Of a stretch of DNA of 56,158 bases, positions 42,190 through 50,597 are shown piece after piece. The notes under the pieces were generated by a model that was given only the letters and a program-made list of their open reading frames with translations, had not been told where the DNA came from and did no database searches. The stretch covers positions 1-56,158 of the forward strand of contig CALKWM010000003.1 in assembly GCA_938004065.1 (NCBI GenBank), written 5' to 3'. Positions within the stretch are counted from its first letter, which is position 1. Each line of letters opens with the position of its first letter. The stretch is from an uncultured bacterium (GTDB lineage: Bacteria; Patescibacteriota; JAHJAL01). Both the position numbers and the translations under genes were made by a program.

Positions 42190-42987
42190 TCAAGCCGCCG
42201 AATTATATCTCTTAAATCCCACTCTCCATTCTAATGCCAAAATCATTACAAACAACATAAGCATTAACAGCATTTGAACTATTTTTCCCATACCAAAAGA
42301 CCCTTCAAGCACATCGTAAATGGGGTTGGCGACCAAAAAGAAAGGAACTACATACGTCACCGCCAACTGAACCCACCCTGGATATAATTTCCTTGGATAG
42401 ATACCAAACCCCGACAAATTATCTACAAAATATACAAAAAAAGTTGCCTTCTCAATAAAAAATACAATAAAAATTGACACCCAATACAATACCGTTACCA
42501 ATACTATCGAATAAAAAAACACAAACCCAACTTGCAACAACAGATTAATATCCCAACTCAATTCCATTTTTACCAAAATATATGGCAGAAATACAAAACC
42601 ATAAACAAATGCCGGTAAAAATTCTCTCAGAGACATTTTTTGAAAAATCGTTATCCAAAAAGTATTTATTGGTCTTAATATCAACATATCTAAACCGCCA
42701 AAATGAATTTGATTAAAAATCAATCTTATCAACATCCCGGGTGTAATAATAAAAGAAAAAGACATTACCACTTGATACAAAATATAAACAAATAATATTT
42801 CATATCGACCAAATCCGGCAATAGACTCCACTCCAGAAACATCATAAATCATGTTTATTAAATACACTTCCAAAACCACCCAAGAAAGACCCGTAACAAA
42901 TCGAGCCAAAAAATCCACCTTAAAAACCATATCACGCATTATACTCATCCTTGCAATTCGCCACCAAATTTTGAAATACTTCTGCAT
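42190..42987 (-). CDS. ABC-2 type permease, paralog B1 (uncharacterized ABC transport system permease, ABC2_membrane_6/COG3694-like)
   Basis: The N-terminus is MQKYFKIWWR and the C-terminus is KRYNSAA. It has 6 TM helices, plus G-LD-L-RP and YPRKLYP motifs shared with the four other paralogs. Confidence 0.75.
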   Translation of the reverse strand: MQKYFKIWWRIARMSIMRDMVFKVDFLARFVTGLSWVVLEVYLINMIYDVSGVESIAGFGRYEILFVYILYQVVMSFSFIITPGMLIRLIFNQIHFGGLDMLILRPINTFWITIFQKMSLREFLPAFVYGFVFLPYILVKMELSWDINLLLQVGFVFFYSIVLVTVLYWVSIFIVFFIEKATFFVYFVDNLSGFGIYPRKLYPGWVQLAVTYVVPFFLVANPIYDVLEGSFGMGKIVQMLLMLMLFVMILALEWRVGFKRYNSAA

Positions 42988-43003
42988 AAATATAATTTTA
43001 TTT

Positions 43004-43032
43004 CCCGTACGGGCGGACCCATGTGTCCGCCC
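43004..43032 (-). repeat. GC hairpin family A copy 1 (CCCGTAC + GGGCGGAC/GTCCGCCC)
   Basis: It lies within a 69-nt block (42981-43049) identical to 45600-45668. Confidence 0.85.
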
Positions 43033-43033
43033 T

Positions 43034-43072
43034 CTTATTTCTTACTTCTTAATTCTTATTTCTTATTTCTTG
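43034..43072 (-). repeat. heptamer array (AAGAAAT/AAGAATT/AAGAAGT on the coding strand), 5-6 units, starting at the stop codon of paralog B2
   Basis: Plus strand reads cttattt cttactt cttaatt cttattt cttattt cttgcta. Confidence 0.85.
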
Positions 43073-43864
43073 CTAGGCTGCCGAACTATACCTCCTCAAA
43101 CCATCTCTCCACAATAAAAGATATATCATAACTACAATGGTTGTCATCGATATCATCAACCAAAAATCACCCCAAGTATACGTATTCTTTATTATCATAA
43201 AAACAGGATTAATAATCAAAAACATCGGGATCAAATATACAAGCATATTTTGTAATATTTTCGGATAAAATTCCCTGGGATATCTGGTAATATCTTGCGT
43301 ATTGTGGATAAACCATCGTAAAGATTTAAATCTCGGCCAGATAAACCACAACAAACTACTAATCCAAATCATACAAAAAAACAAAATATTCGAAAGTATC
43401 AAAACATATAATAATTGCATAAACCTGGCGATTTCAAAGACAGAAAAAACCTGTTTGATTACCGAAAAGAAAAATAATAGATAAACTACAATAATCAAAC
43501 CAACCGTCATACTAACTTTTTGCATACTGGTAACAAAAACGGTATTTATGGGCTTTATTAAAATAAAATCCAGATTACCTGTAAATATTTGATTGGCAGC
43601 CAAATCAAGACTCGGGTAAACAAATACAAACTGAAACCCCATCATAATTTGTATCATATAAAACACGAACAAAAATTCAGCTTCTGTATACCCTGCAATA
43701 TTGTCTAATCCAGAGGCAGTAAAAAATAATTTGATCAATAAAATTTGAACTGCCATATAAACAAAAGTCGTAACCAATCCCAACAAAAAATCCAATTTAT
43801 AAACCATTTCTTTCATCATACTCATCCTCGCCACCCGCCACCAGATTTTGAAATATTTCTGCAT
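43073..43864 (-). CDS. ABC-2 type permease, paralog B2
   Basis: MQKYFKIWWR...GLRRYSSAA, with the same architecture as the other paralogs. Confidence 0.75.
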   Translation of the reverse strand: MQKYFKIWWRVARMSMMKEMVYKLDFLLGLVTTFVYMAVQILLIKLFFTASGLDNIAGYTEAEFLFVFYMIQIMMGFQFVFVYPSLDLAANQIFTGNLDFILIKPINTVFVTSMQKVSMTVGLIIVVYLLFFFSVIKQVFSVFEIARFMQLLYVLILSNILFFCMIWISSLLWFIWPRFKSLRWFIHNTQDITRYPREFYPKILQNMLVYLIPMFLIINPVFMIIKNTYTWGDFWLMISMTTIVVMIYLLLWRDGLRRYSSAA

Positions 43865-43900
43865 AATTTTTTCTTCTTATATTTCTTTTTTATTTTTTCT

Positions 43901-43939
43901 CTTACTTCTTACTTCTTAATTCTTATTTCTTATTTCTTG
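43901..43939 (-). repeat. heptamer array (AAGAAAT family), 5-6 units, after the stop of paralog B3
   Basis: cttactt cttactt cttaatt cttattt cttattt cttgcta. It degenerates into an A-rich tract reaching the next ATG. Confidence 0.85.
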
Positions 43940-44734
43940 CTAGGCTGCCGACTCATACCTTCGTAAACCATTTACAAACATCAAAACATAAACACTAATC
44001 AAAACAAAAACCATCAACAAGGTTAAAATAAAAATGTTCACGTCATAATTACCTGAGATTACATCATAAACCGGGTTAACTACCAAAAATAATGGCGCTA
44101 CAAAAATCAAAAAATATTGCATCGCATCCGGATAAACTTTTCTGGGATATTTATTGACATCATATGCATAACCCAAAAACCATCGTAGTGCTCCAAATTT
44201 TGGCCAAAAAAACCAAATCAAGCTGGAAATAAAAAACATCAAAGAATAAATTACAAAAGATACAATCATTACCCACAAAATTAACAACCAAATTTGCAAA
44301 CTGAAATTATAATCAAAGTAAAAATAAACCCCGAAAAACAAAGCAACATTCAATAACATCACACTCAAAGCATCCATCAACCAACTGTTAAAAATCGTTG
44401 TATATAGCATTACATTAACGGGCCGAATCAAGAACATATCCAATTTACCACTATATATACTATCAGCCAATCTATGAACAGATGGTATTATATTTATATA
44501 CAAAGAGAACAACAACATTTCTGACAAACACATTACGAGCAAAAAGTCCGATCGTGAATATCCTTCGATAGTTTGTACTCCACCTGATTCAAATAAAAAA
44601 TAAACAAAAGCAAAGTAAATCAACATATACACCGAATTTGCAACCAATCCAACCAGCCAATCGGTTTTATATATCATCCTGATCATTACCCCCACTTTAA
44701 TCACCCGCCACCAAATTTTGAAATACTTCTGCAT
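43940..44734 (-). CDS. ABC-2 type permease, paralog B3
   Basis: MQKYFKIWWR...GLRRYESAA. Confidence 0.75.
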   Translation of the reverse strand: MQKYFKIWWRVIKVGVMIRMIYKTDWLVGLVANSVYMLIYFAFVYFLFESGGVQTIEGYSRSDFLLVMCLSEMLLFSLYINIIPSVHRLADSIYSGKLDMFLIRPVNVMLYTTIFNSWLMDALSVMLLNVALFFGVYFYFDYNFSLQIWLLILWVMIVSFVIYSLMFFISSLIWFFWPKFGALRWFLGYAYDVNKYPRKVYPDAMQYFLIFVAPLFLVVNPVYDVISGNYDVNIFILTLLMVFVLISVYVLMFVNGLRRYESAA

Positions 44735-44774
44735 TTTTTCTTATTTTATTTCCTGTTTCTTTTTTCTCTTTCTT

Positions 44775-44814
44775 CTTATTTCTTATTTCTTATTTCTTAC
44801 TTCTTGCTACTTGC
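44775..44814 (-). repeat. heptamer array (AAGAAAT family), about 6 units, after the stop of paralog B4
   Basis: cttattt x3, then cttactt, cttgcta and cttgctc. Confidence 0.85.
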
Positions 44815-45606
44815 TCACGACGCCGACTCATATCTCGGTATACCATTTCGCCACATTAAAACATTAATCAATAATTGCACTAACAAAACACCTATAATAA
44901 TCATCAAAAATTGCAAATCAAATGTACCATCAATTATTTTGTATATCGGACCAGCAACCAAGAAAACAGGCACTGCAAATGTAAATATCCATTGCATAGA
45001 CCGGGGAAACAACTTGGCCGGTTTTTGTCCCATCCGATCCGCTATCCTTACAAAATTATAATAAGCATCAAATTTTGGAAAATAAAAATACATATAAGCG
45101 CTATTCCAATACAAAAAATACAATATTAAATATGAACTAATAACCACAAACAAAACTAAACCAATGTTTTCTAATGTCCATTCAAAAGAAACTTTGTGAT
45201 AAATATAAATCAAAATAACCAAAAAAAACGATAATCTTAAAATCAAACCGGCTACCCAAGATCTCTGATTATGTATCAAGAAATTACTTTTAGGTCTAAC
45301 TAAAAATAAATCCAACTGTCCCATAAAAATCATATTTCTAAGTCTAACTGCATTTGGATAAACCGACACAGCCGATAAAGTCATTATCAGTTCACTAATG
45401 ATATAAACTAGATAAAAATCGTACATTGTCATTCCAACTATTGTTTCCGAATCTCCAGCTGTAAACAACAAATAAATATATAACAAACTCACAAACTGAA
45501 AAATAAATTCACTGACATTCAAGCAAATATAATCCAAACCATACATCATCTCCGTCTGCCAATTTATATTCATTAACCGCCACCAGATTTTGAAATATTT
45601 CTGCAT
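44815..45606 (-). CDS. ABC-2 type permease, paralog B4
   Basis: MQKYFKIWWR...GIPRYESAS. Confidence 0.75.
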   Translation of the reverse strand: MQKYFKIWWRLMNINWQTEMMYGLDYICLNVSEFIFQFVSLLYIYLLFTAGDSETIVGMTMYDFYLVYIISELIMTLSAVSVYPNAVRLRNMIFMGQLDLFLVRPKSNFLIHNQRSWVAGLILRLSFFLVILIYIYHKVSFEWTLENIGLVLFVVISSYLILYFLYWNSAYMYFYFPKFDAYYNFVRIADRMGQKPAKLFPRSMQWIFTFAVPVFLVAGPIYKIIDGTFDLQFLMIIIGVLLVQLLINVLMWRNGIPRYESAS

Positions 45607-45622
45607 AAATATAATTTTATTT

Positions 45623-45651
45623 CCCGTACGGGCGGACCCATGTGTCCGCCC
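45623..45651 (-). repeat. GC hairpin family A copy 2
   Basis: Identical to 43004-43032 and sits within the 69-nt identical block. Confidence 0.85.
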
Positions 45652-45680
45652 TCTTATTTCTTACTTCTCCCGTCATCAGG

Positions 45681-45714
45681 TGCGCCTCGCCTGCCCGCCT
45701 TGGGAGGGGGCGCA
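45681..45714 (-). repeat. GC-rich element family B, copy 2
   Basis: The tgcgcc / ggcgca stem encloses the same 22-nt loop as copy 1. Confidence 0.75.
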
Positions 45715-45724
45715 TATTTCTTGC

Positions 45725-46519
45725 TCACGCTGCCGAACCATACCTCCTCAGTCCATATTTAAACAACACCAAAAACAACATTACGAACATTCCGGTAACC
45801 AAAAATATTTGCCAAAAATCATCCCACCCCCAACTTTTATCCAATATTTCATATACCGGATTGATAATTAAAAGCATCGGAAATAAAAATACTAAAAAAT
45901 TTCTCATTACGGTTGGATAAATCTTTTTTGGATACTTGGTGACTTCAAATGATTCCCCGACAAATACCCACGCCGCATTAAGCTTCGGCCATATAAAACA
46001 AACTATGATTGATAACCACTTCAACAAACTGTAAATTAGAATGCTATTTAAAACGACAAAAATTATGGCAAACCACTCCCAGTATTCAAAATTCATTACC
46101 CCTGTAAAATACAAATACGGAAAAAACACCAACATATACAAAATAATTACATGTGACTGAACAGACACAAAATGTTGAAACATCATCAAAAATTTCGCAT
46201 TAGCCGGCTTTACCAGCATAAAATCCAAACCTCCGGTATATATTTGCCGCCAAACCAATCTGGCGTTTGGTTGCACAAAAACAAAAATAAAGTAAATCAA
46301 AACCTGTGTCATTGCAAACACTAGATATACTTCATTTAAATCAAACCCAGCTATTTCTTTTACATTACCAGCTTGAAAAAAATATTTAATAAACAGCACT
46401 TGCGTTAAAAAATACACCACTGATGTTACCGATCCAAAAATCATATCAGTCCGATACATCATTGTCTGTTGCACACTCATCCTCATCACCCGCCACCAAA
46501 TTTTAAAATAACTCCACAT
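45725..46519 (-). CDS. ABC-2 type permease, paralog B5
   Basis: MWSYFKIWWR...GLRRYGSAA. Confidence 0.75.
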   Translation of the reverse strand: MWSYFKIWWRVMRMSVQQTMMYRTDMIFGSVTSVVYFLTQVLFIKYFFQAGNVKEIAGFDLNEVYLVFAMTQVLIYFIFVFVQPNARLVWRQIYTGGLDFMLVKPANAKFLMMFQHFVSVQSHVIILYMLVFFPYLYFTGVMNFEYWEWFAIIFVVLNSILIYSLLKWLSIIVCFIWPKLNAAWVFVGESFEVTKYPKKIYPTVMRNFLVFLFPMLLIINPVYEILDKSWGWDDFWQIFLVTGMFVMLFLVLFKYGLRRYGSAA

Positions 46520-46555
46520 ACTTATTTTTTCATTTCATATTTCTTCATAAATATC

Positions 46556-46578
46556 GTCCCGAGCGCTAGTCGAGGGAC
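46556..46578 (-). repeat. GC hairpin family C copy 2
   Basis: ATATCGTCCCGAGCgctagtcgaGGGACAC; compare 36391-36420. Confidence 0.7.
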
Positions 46579-46583
46579 ACCAT

Positions 46584-46618
46584 ACTTGATTCTTGAAACT
46601 TGTTACTTGAAACTTGCT
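46584..46618 (-). repeat. heptamer array (CAAGTTT/CAAGTAA/CAAGAAT on the coding strand), 5 units, after the stop of permease A
   Basis: acttgat tcttgaa acttgtt acttgaa acttgct. Confidence 0.85.
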
Positions 46619-46625
46619 TATTCGC

Positions 46626-47417
46626 TCACCCTCCCACCAACTCCAATCTCTTTAATCCTCGATTCCACACCAATGTGAGTAACAAATACAATCCAACCAT
46701 CCAAGCAATCTGCACCGCAAAATGCACCACCAATTCATCATAACTATACTTTCCCAAATATATTGACGCCGGCAAGTTAAAAATCGCAACAAAAGGTGTA
46801 TATTGCATCACATTTTGGATGATCTCGGGCATAAATTGTACCGGTATCATCTTGCCCGCAAAAAAGCTGACAATAAAATTAAACGCCCAGATAATATTGC
46901 CCGTCTCCACTGTCCAAAAGGCGATTGAGCCCAACATTGTGTACAAAAACATACTGGAAAACAACGCAATAATCACCATCAATACTGTCAAAATCAAATA
47001 CATCCAATTGCTTGGACCAACAAAAATATCCGTAAAATACACCAAACCAAACACCGGCAACACAAAGAAAAACATCGACATTAAATTTTGAGAAATATTT
47101 TTTGCAAAATAAATATATAAACTATTCAAAGGTAATATGAGATAATTAGCGATATTCCCATGCTGAACACCATCTTTAATTTCTTCAAAAGTACTGACTG
47201 CCAAAAAATGCCGGAACAATTCCACCAGCAAAAAATACGTTAGCAATTCCTTGAAAGTAAATCCGGCAATATCACCACTCTGTGCATAAACCGCTTTCCA
47301 GAGATAAATCATGATCAAGAAACCCAAACTGCGCATCAAAATTTCCGCAAAAAAATTTGCTTTAAACGCCAGCACTGATTGAATTTGATTAACAAAAAAC
47401 CTTCGGTACTTATTCAT
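46626..47417 (-). CDS. ABC-2 type permease, type A (COG4587-like partner permease)
   Basis: A 6-TM protein with a distinct N-terminus (MNKYRRFFVNQ) and C-terminus (RGLKRLELVGG). Confidence 0.75.
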   Translation of the reverse strand: MNKYRRFFVNQIQSVLAFKANFFAEILMRSLGFLIMIYLWKAVYAQSGDIAGFTFKELLTYFLLVELFRHFLAVSTFEEIKDGVQHGNIANYLILPLNSLYIYFAKNISQNLMSMFFFVLPVFGLVYFTDIFVGPSNWMYLILTVLMVIIALFSSMFLYTMLGSIAFWTVETGNIIWAFNFIVSFFAGKMIPVQFMPEIIQNVMQYTPFVAIFNLPASIYLGKYSYDELVVHFAVQIAWMVGLYLLLTLVWNRGLKRLELVGG

Positions 47418-47441
47418 TTTATTTTCTATTATTCATTTTTT

Positions 47442-47477
47442 AAGTTTGAAAAGTTTGGAAAGTTTGCTAAGTTTATT
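47442..47477. repeat. four tandem 9-nt units (aagtttgaa/aagtttgga/aagtttgct/aagtttatt) between the ATPase and permease A
   Basis: Read directly. The last unit overlaps the ATPase stop codon. Confidence 0.8.
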
Positions 47478-48474
47478 TCCCTTCCGCAAATATCTCCGCA
47501 ATCACATCTGCCGCTTGTTTCTCTTGTACATCGATATCGTCAATTTTGAATTTCTTTACCAATTTCGCCAAGACATCGGAGACATTTTCCCTCGGTATCG
47601 CAATCTTGGCACTCAATTTATCAAACTCCAAAACCTTGCCATATTTCAACAAATCCTTTTTCAATACTTTCTCATCAAAAACCAAATCAATATATTTCTC
47701 CCGCGCGTATTTTTTCACCAATCCGGCATAACTGTTATCATAGATCTTTTCACCCTTGTTGATAATTATCACCCGCTCACACAATTCTTTGATATCATCC
47801 ATATAGTGACTGGTCAAAATAATCGTCGCCTTCTTTTCTCGATTATATCTCTTGATAAAACCCCGCACCGCTTTTTGCGCCGTCACATCCATCCCGATCG
47901 TTGGCTCATCCAAAAATATCACCTGTGGATCATGCAGCAACGCCGCAATCAACTCACATTTCATTTTTTGCCCCAATGACAACTTTCTCACCGGTACTTC
48001 CAAAAATTCTTTTACCTCCAGCAAATTTGATAGATAATCCAAATTGGCCCGAAATTTTTTCTCCGGTATTTCATAGATATCGCGATTGAGTAGAAAACTC
48101 TCAATCGCCGGCAAATCAAACCACAACTGTGATTTTTGCCCCATGACCATCGAAATTTTCCGTTTATAATCATCCTGGTGATCCCACGGATAATATCCCA
48201 ACACCTTGGCACTACCCGAAGTGGGATACAAAATCCCCGACAACATCTTTAAAGTTGTCGTCTTGCCCGCCCCATTTGGACCCAAAAACCCGATCAATTC
48301 TCCTTTTTCAATATCAAATGACACACCATTCACTGCGTGTACATACTGTTTTTCGCTTTTAAATAAACTCTTAACCGAATTCCAAAAACCTTCCGCTTTT
48401 TTCGTCAGCTCAAAGGTTTTCGTCAAATTCCTAACAATTATCGCTTTCGCCATAATTTCCATCCTTTTTATCAA
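47473..48474 (-). CDS. ABC transporter ATP-binding protein (COG4586-like, with C-terminal extension)
   Basis: Walker A GPNGAGKTT, signature LSLGQKMK, Walker B VIFLDEPT. Confidence 0.9.
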   Translation of the reverse strand: MIKRMEIMAKAIIVRNLTKTFELTKKAEGFWNSVKSLFKSEKQYVHAVNGVSFDIEKGELIGFLGPNGAGKTTTLKMLSGILYPTSGSAKVLGYYPWDHQDDYKRKISMVMGQKSQLWFDLPAIESFLLNRDIYEIPEKKFRANLDYLSNLLEVKEFLEVPVRKLSLGQKMKCELIAALLHDPQVIFLDEPTIGMDVTAQKAVRGFIKRYNREKKATIILTSHYMDDIKELCERVIIINKGEKIYDNSYAGLVKKYAREKYIDLVFDEKVLKKDLLKYGKVLEFDKLSAKIAIPRENVSDVLAKLVKKFKIDDIDVQEKQAADVIAEIFAEGK

Positions 48475-48523
48475 TTTTTTATACTATTTTTATTCTATCA
48501 AAAATCTTTCAAATCAAAAAAAC

Positions 48524-48556
48524 ATCAAAAAAAGACCTGGACACAATCCAAGTCTC
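48524..48556 (-). terminator. intrinsic terminator of the ABC-F gene
   Basis: The minus strand reads GACTTGGA ttgtg TCCAGGTC followed by T7. Confidence 0.6.
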
Positions 48557-48608
48557 TTTTTCATATATCGTCGCAAACTTGTCACTATTATTTTGCTTCA
48601 TTTCTTCC

Positions 48609-48657
48609 GTAATTCGTAATTCGTAATTCGTAATTTTTTACTTATTACTTATTACTT
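48609..48657 (-). repeat. seven tandem 7-nt units (gtaattc x3, gtaattt, tttactt, attactt x2) in the ABC-F 3' UTR
   Basis: Read directly. The array lies between the stop (48679) and the terminator. Confidence 0.85.
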
Positions 48658-48678
48658 CCCAAATAAGTTTACAACACT

Positions 48679-50130
48679 TTATCTATGACCTTCCCCTCCC
48701 TCCACATGCAATTCCCTAGTCATTTTTAACTGTTCCACAAAATACCGGTCATGCGACACCAGCATAATCGCCCCTTGATATTCATTCAAAGCATTTTCGA
48801 TAATTTCCCGTGAATATATATCCAGATGGTTAGTCGGCTCGTCCAAAACCAATAACTGGTTTCCCTCACTGGCTATTTTGGCAAAAATCAGTCGCACCCT
48901 CTCACCATAGCTTAAATCCCCCACCCGTTTAAACACATCATCCCCGGAAAATTTAAACGCACCCAGTACTGTCCTGGCTTCCGTCTGGGTTATTTCCATT
49001 TCTTTTCCTTTCAGATACTCATCAATCACTTTATTTTCCTGATTTATTCCTTCCTGCTCTTGCGAAAAATATCCAATCGTCACTCCTTCACCCAAACGAA
49101 TATTACCATTATCAGATTTTATCTTGCCTACAATCATTTTAAGCATCGTACTTTTTCCCGATCCATTTAACCCCGACACAATTATTCTCTCTGGCCCTCT
49201 TACCTCAAATTCCACATCTGACAAAATTATTTTTTCACCATAACTTTTATTAAGTCCAACCACCCTCAAGACTAGCTTGTCTTTATGAACTTGTCCTTTG
49301 AGCAATAAATTTTTCATCGGTGTAAAATCAGCCGGCTTGGAAATTATGTTTTCTTCAATCTCCCTCTCGTACCTTCGCTGCATAGCGTGCAGCTGTTTAC
49401 CCTTGGATGGATCTGAATGAGCTGACGCCTGCTGTCTTTTCAACACTATCCACTCTTCCATTTTTCTTTTTTGCTTCTGCTGCTGTTTATAATCAATTTC
49501 CCATCGCTCCCTTTCTACTTTTTTCTGCTCTACATAATCACTATAACCACCTTTGTATTCATGCAATTCATGCATTACTGTATCCATTTCCATAATTTTA
49601 TCCACTGTATTGTCCAAAAATTTCCGATCATGCGAAACTACCAATATCGCTCCTCGAAAGTTATTAACCAGATTTTCCAGCCAGACAATTCCCTCCAAAT
49701 CCAAATGGTTGGTCGGCTCATCCATCAAAATCATCGTTGGTTTATCTAACAGTATCCGAGCCAAAGACAATCTGGTCTTTTGTCCACCACTCAACTTTTT
49801 TACTTCTACATTTTTTGCTACTTCATTCAATCCTACTTCCTTTAAAACCCTGTCCACATCTCTTACTTGAAAATTTTTCAAAAAACTTTCTATAGTCTCA
49901 CCTTCATCAGCAACCAACATCTGGCTTAAATATCCAATTCTTTCTCTACCCTTATCAACGCTTCCTTCAAAATCATCATCATGCCCCGCAATCATTCGCA
50001 TCAAAGTCGATTTACCGCAACCATTGGGCCCAATCAGCCCCACTTTCTCACCATCATGGATAATAAAACTATAATCCTCAAATAAATCCCGATGATCGAT
50101 ATATTTAGTTAAATTTTTTGCAACTAACAT
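48679..50130 (-). CDS. ABC-F family ATPase (two NBDs, no TMD)
   Basis: Two sets of Walker A / signature / Walker B motifs (GPNGCGKST, LSGGQKTRL; GLNGSGKST, LSYGERVRL) flank a charged linker. Confidence 0.85.
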   Translation of the reverse strand: MLVAKNLTKYIDHRDLFEDYSFIIHDGEKVGLIGPNGCGKSTLMRMIAGHDDDFEGSVDKGRERIGYLSQMLVADEGETIESFLKNFQVRDVDRVLKEVGLNEVAKNVEVKKLSGGQKTRLSLARILLDKPTMILMDEPTNHLDLEGIVWLENLVNNFRGAILVVSHDRKFLDNTVDKIMEMDTVMHELHEYKGGYSDYVEQKKVERERWEIDYKQQQKQKRKMEEWIVLKRQQASAHSDPSKGKQLHAMQRRYEREIEENIISKPADFTPMKNLLLKGQVHKDKLVLRVVGLNKSYGEKIILSDVEFEVRGPERIIVSGLNGSGKSTMLKMIVGKIKSDNGNIRLGEGVTIGYFSQEQEGINQENKVIDEYLKGKEMEITQTEARTVLGAFKFSGDDVFKRVGDLSYGERVRLIFAKIASEGNQLLVLDEPTNHLDIYSREIIENALNEYQGAIMLVSHDRYFVEQLKMTRELHVEGGEGHR

Positions 50131-50159
50131 TTTATTCCTTATATATTCTTTAATATGTC

Positions 50160-50205
50160 ATCCTGAACCCGAATCCGCCCTAGCGGATATCGAGCGATTC
50201 AGGAT
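50160..50205 (-). promoter_or_regulatory. 46-nt GC-rich nested palindrome 30 nt upstream of the ABC-F start codon
   Basis: The outer stem atcctgaa/ttcaggat encloses the inner hairpin atccgc ccta gcggat. Confidence 0.5.
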
Positions 50206-50396
50206 CTATTTTTATTGTAATAAACCACAAACAAACACCCCTACACAAATTAGTATACGGGTTGAAAAAATTATTCACCAAACAATATTTCTTAAACATT
50301 TGCAAACATCTCAACCCATACACCTTTAACAGCCACATTCCTATGCTGTTCTCCGGATATAGGTTAAATTGTTATGCATAAATTTTTCCATAACAC

Positions 50397-50431
50397 ATCC
50401 AATATACAATATCCAATACGCAATATGCAAA
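50397..50431. repeat. five tandem 7-nt units (atccaat/atacaat/acgcaat)
   Basis: Read directly. This is the inverse-orientation relative of the array inside the GT4 gene. Confidence 0.8.
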
Positions 50432-50597
50432 CAAATCTTTAAGATTAAATATCAAATAAATATACATCACAGGATTCAAAACTCAAATCTTTACTCTCAA
50501 ACTATTAATTAAAAATTGTATTTTTTCATTTTTAAATTTTGAATTATGCTTTTGAATCTTGATTTTTACATTTTGAATTACTTTTAGTAATTAGCAA

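Noticed and set aside
42010-42234. Plus-strand ORFs sharing peptide strings (CPPWEGAHISCS; ILFPVRADPCVRPLISYF) at 42010-42234, 42851-43117, 45590-45871 and 45642-45920
   Set aside because: The shared peptides arise because these frames read through repeated GC-rich elements (families A and B). They are not paralogous genes.
42088-46620. The possibility that the regularly spaced intergenic repeats form a CRISPR array
   Set aside because: The spacers would be about 800-bp intact permease ORFs. The repeats are heterogeneous heptamer arrays or hairpins, and no cas genes are present.
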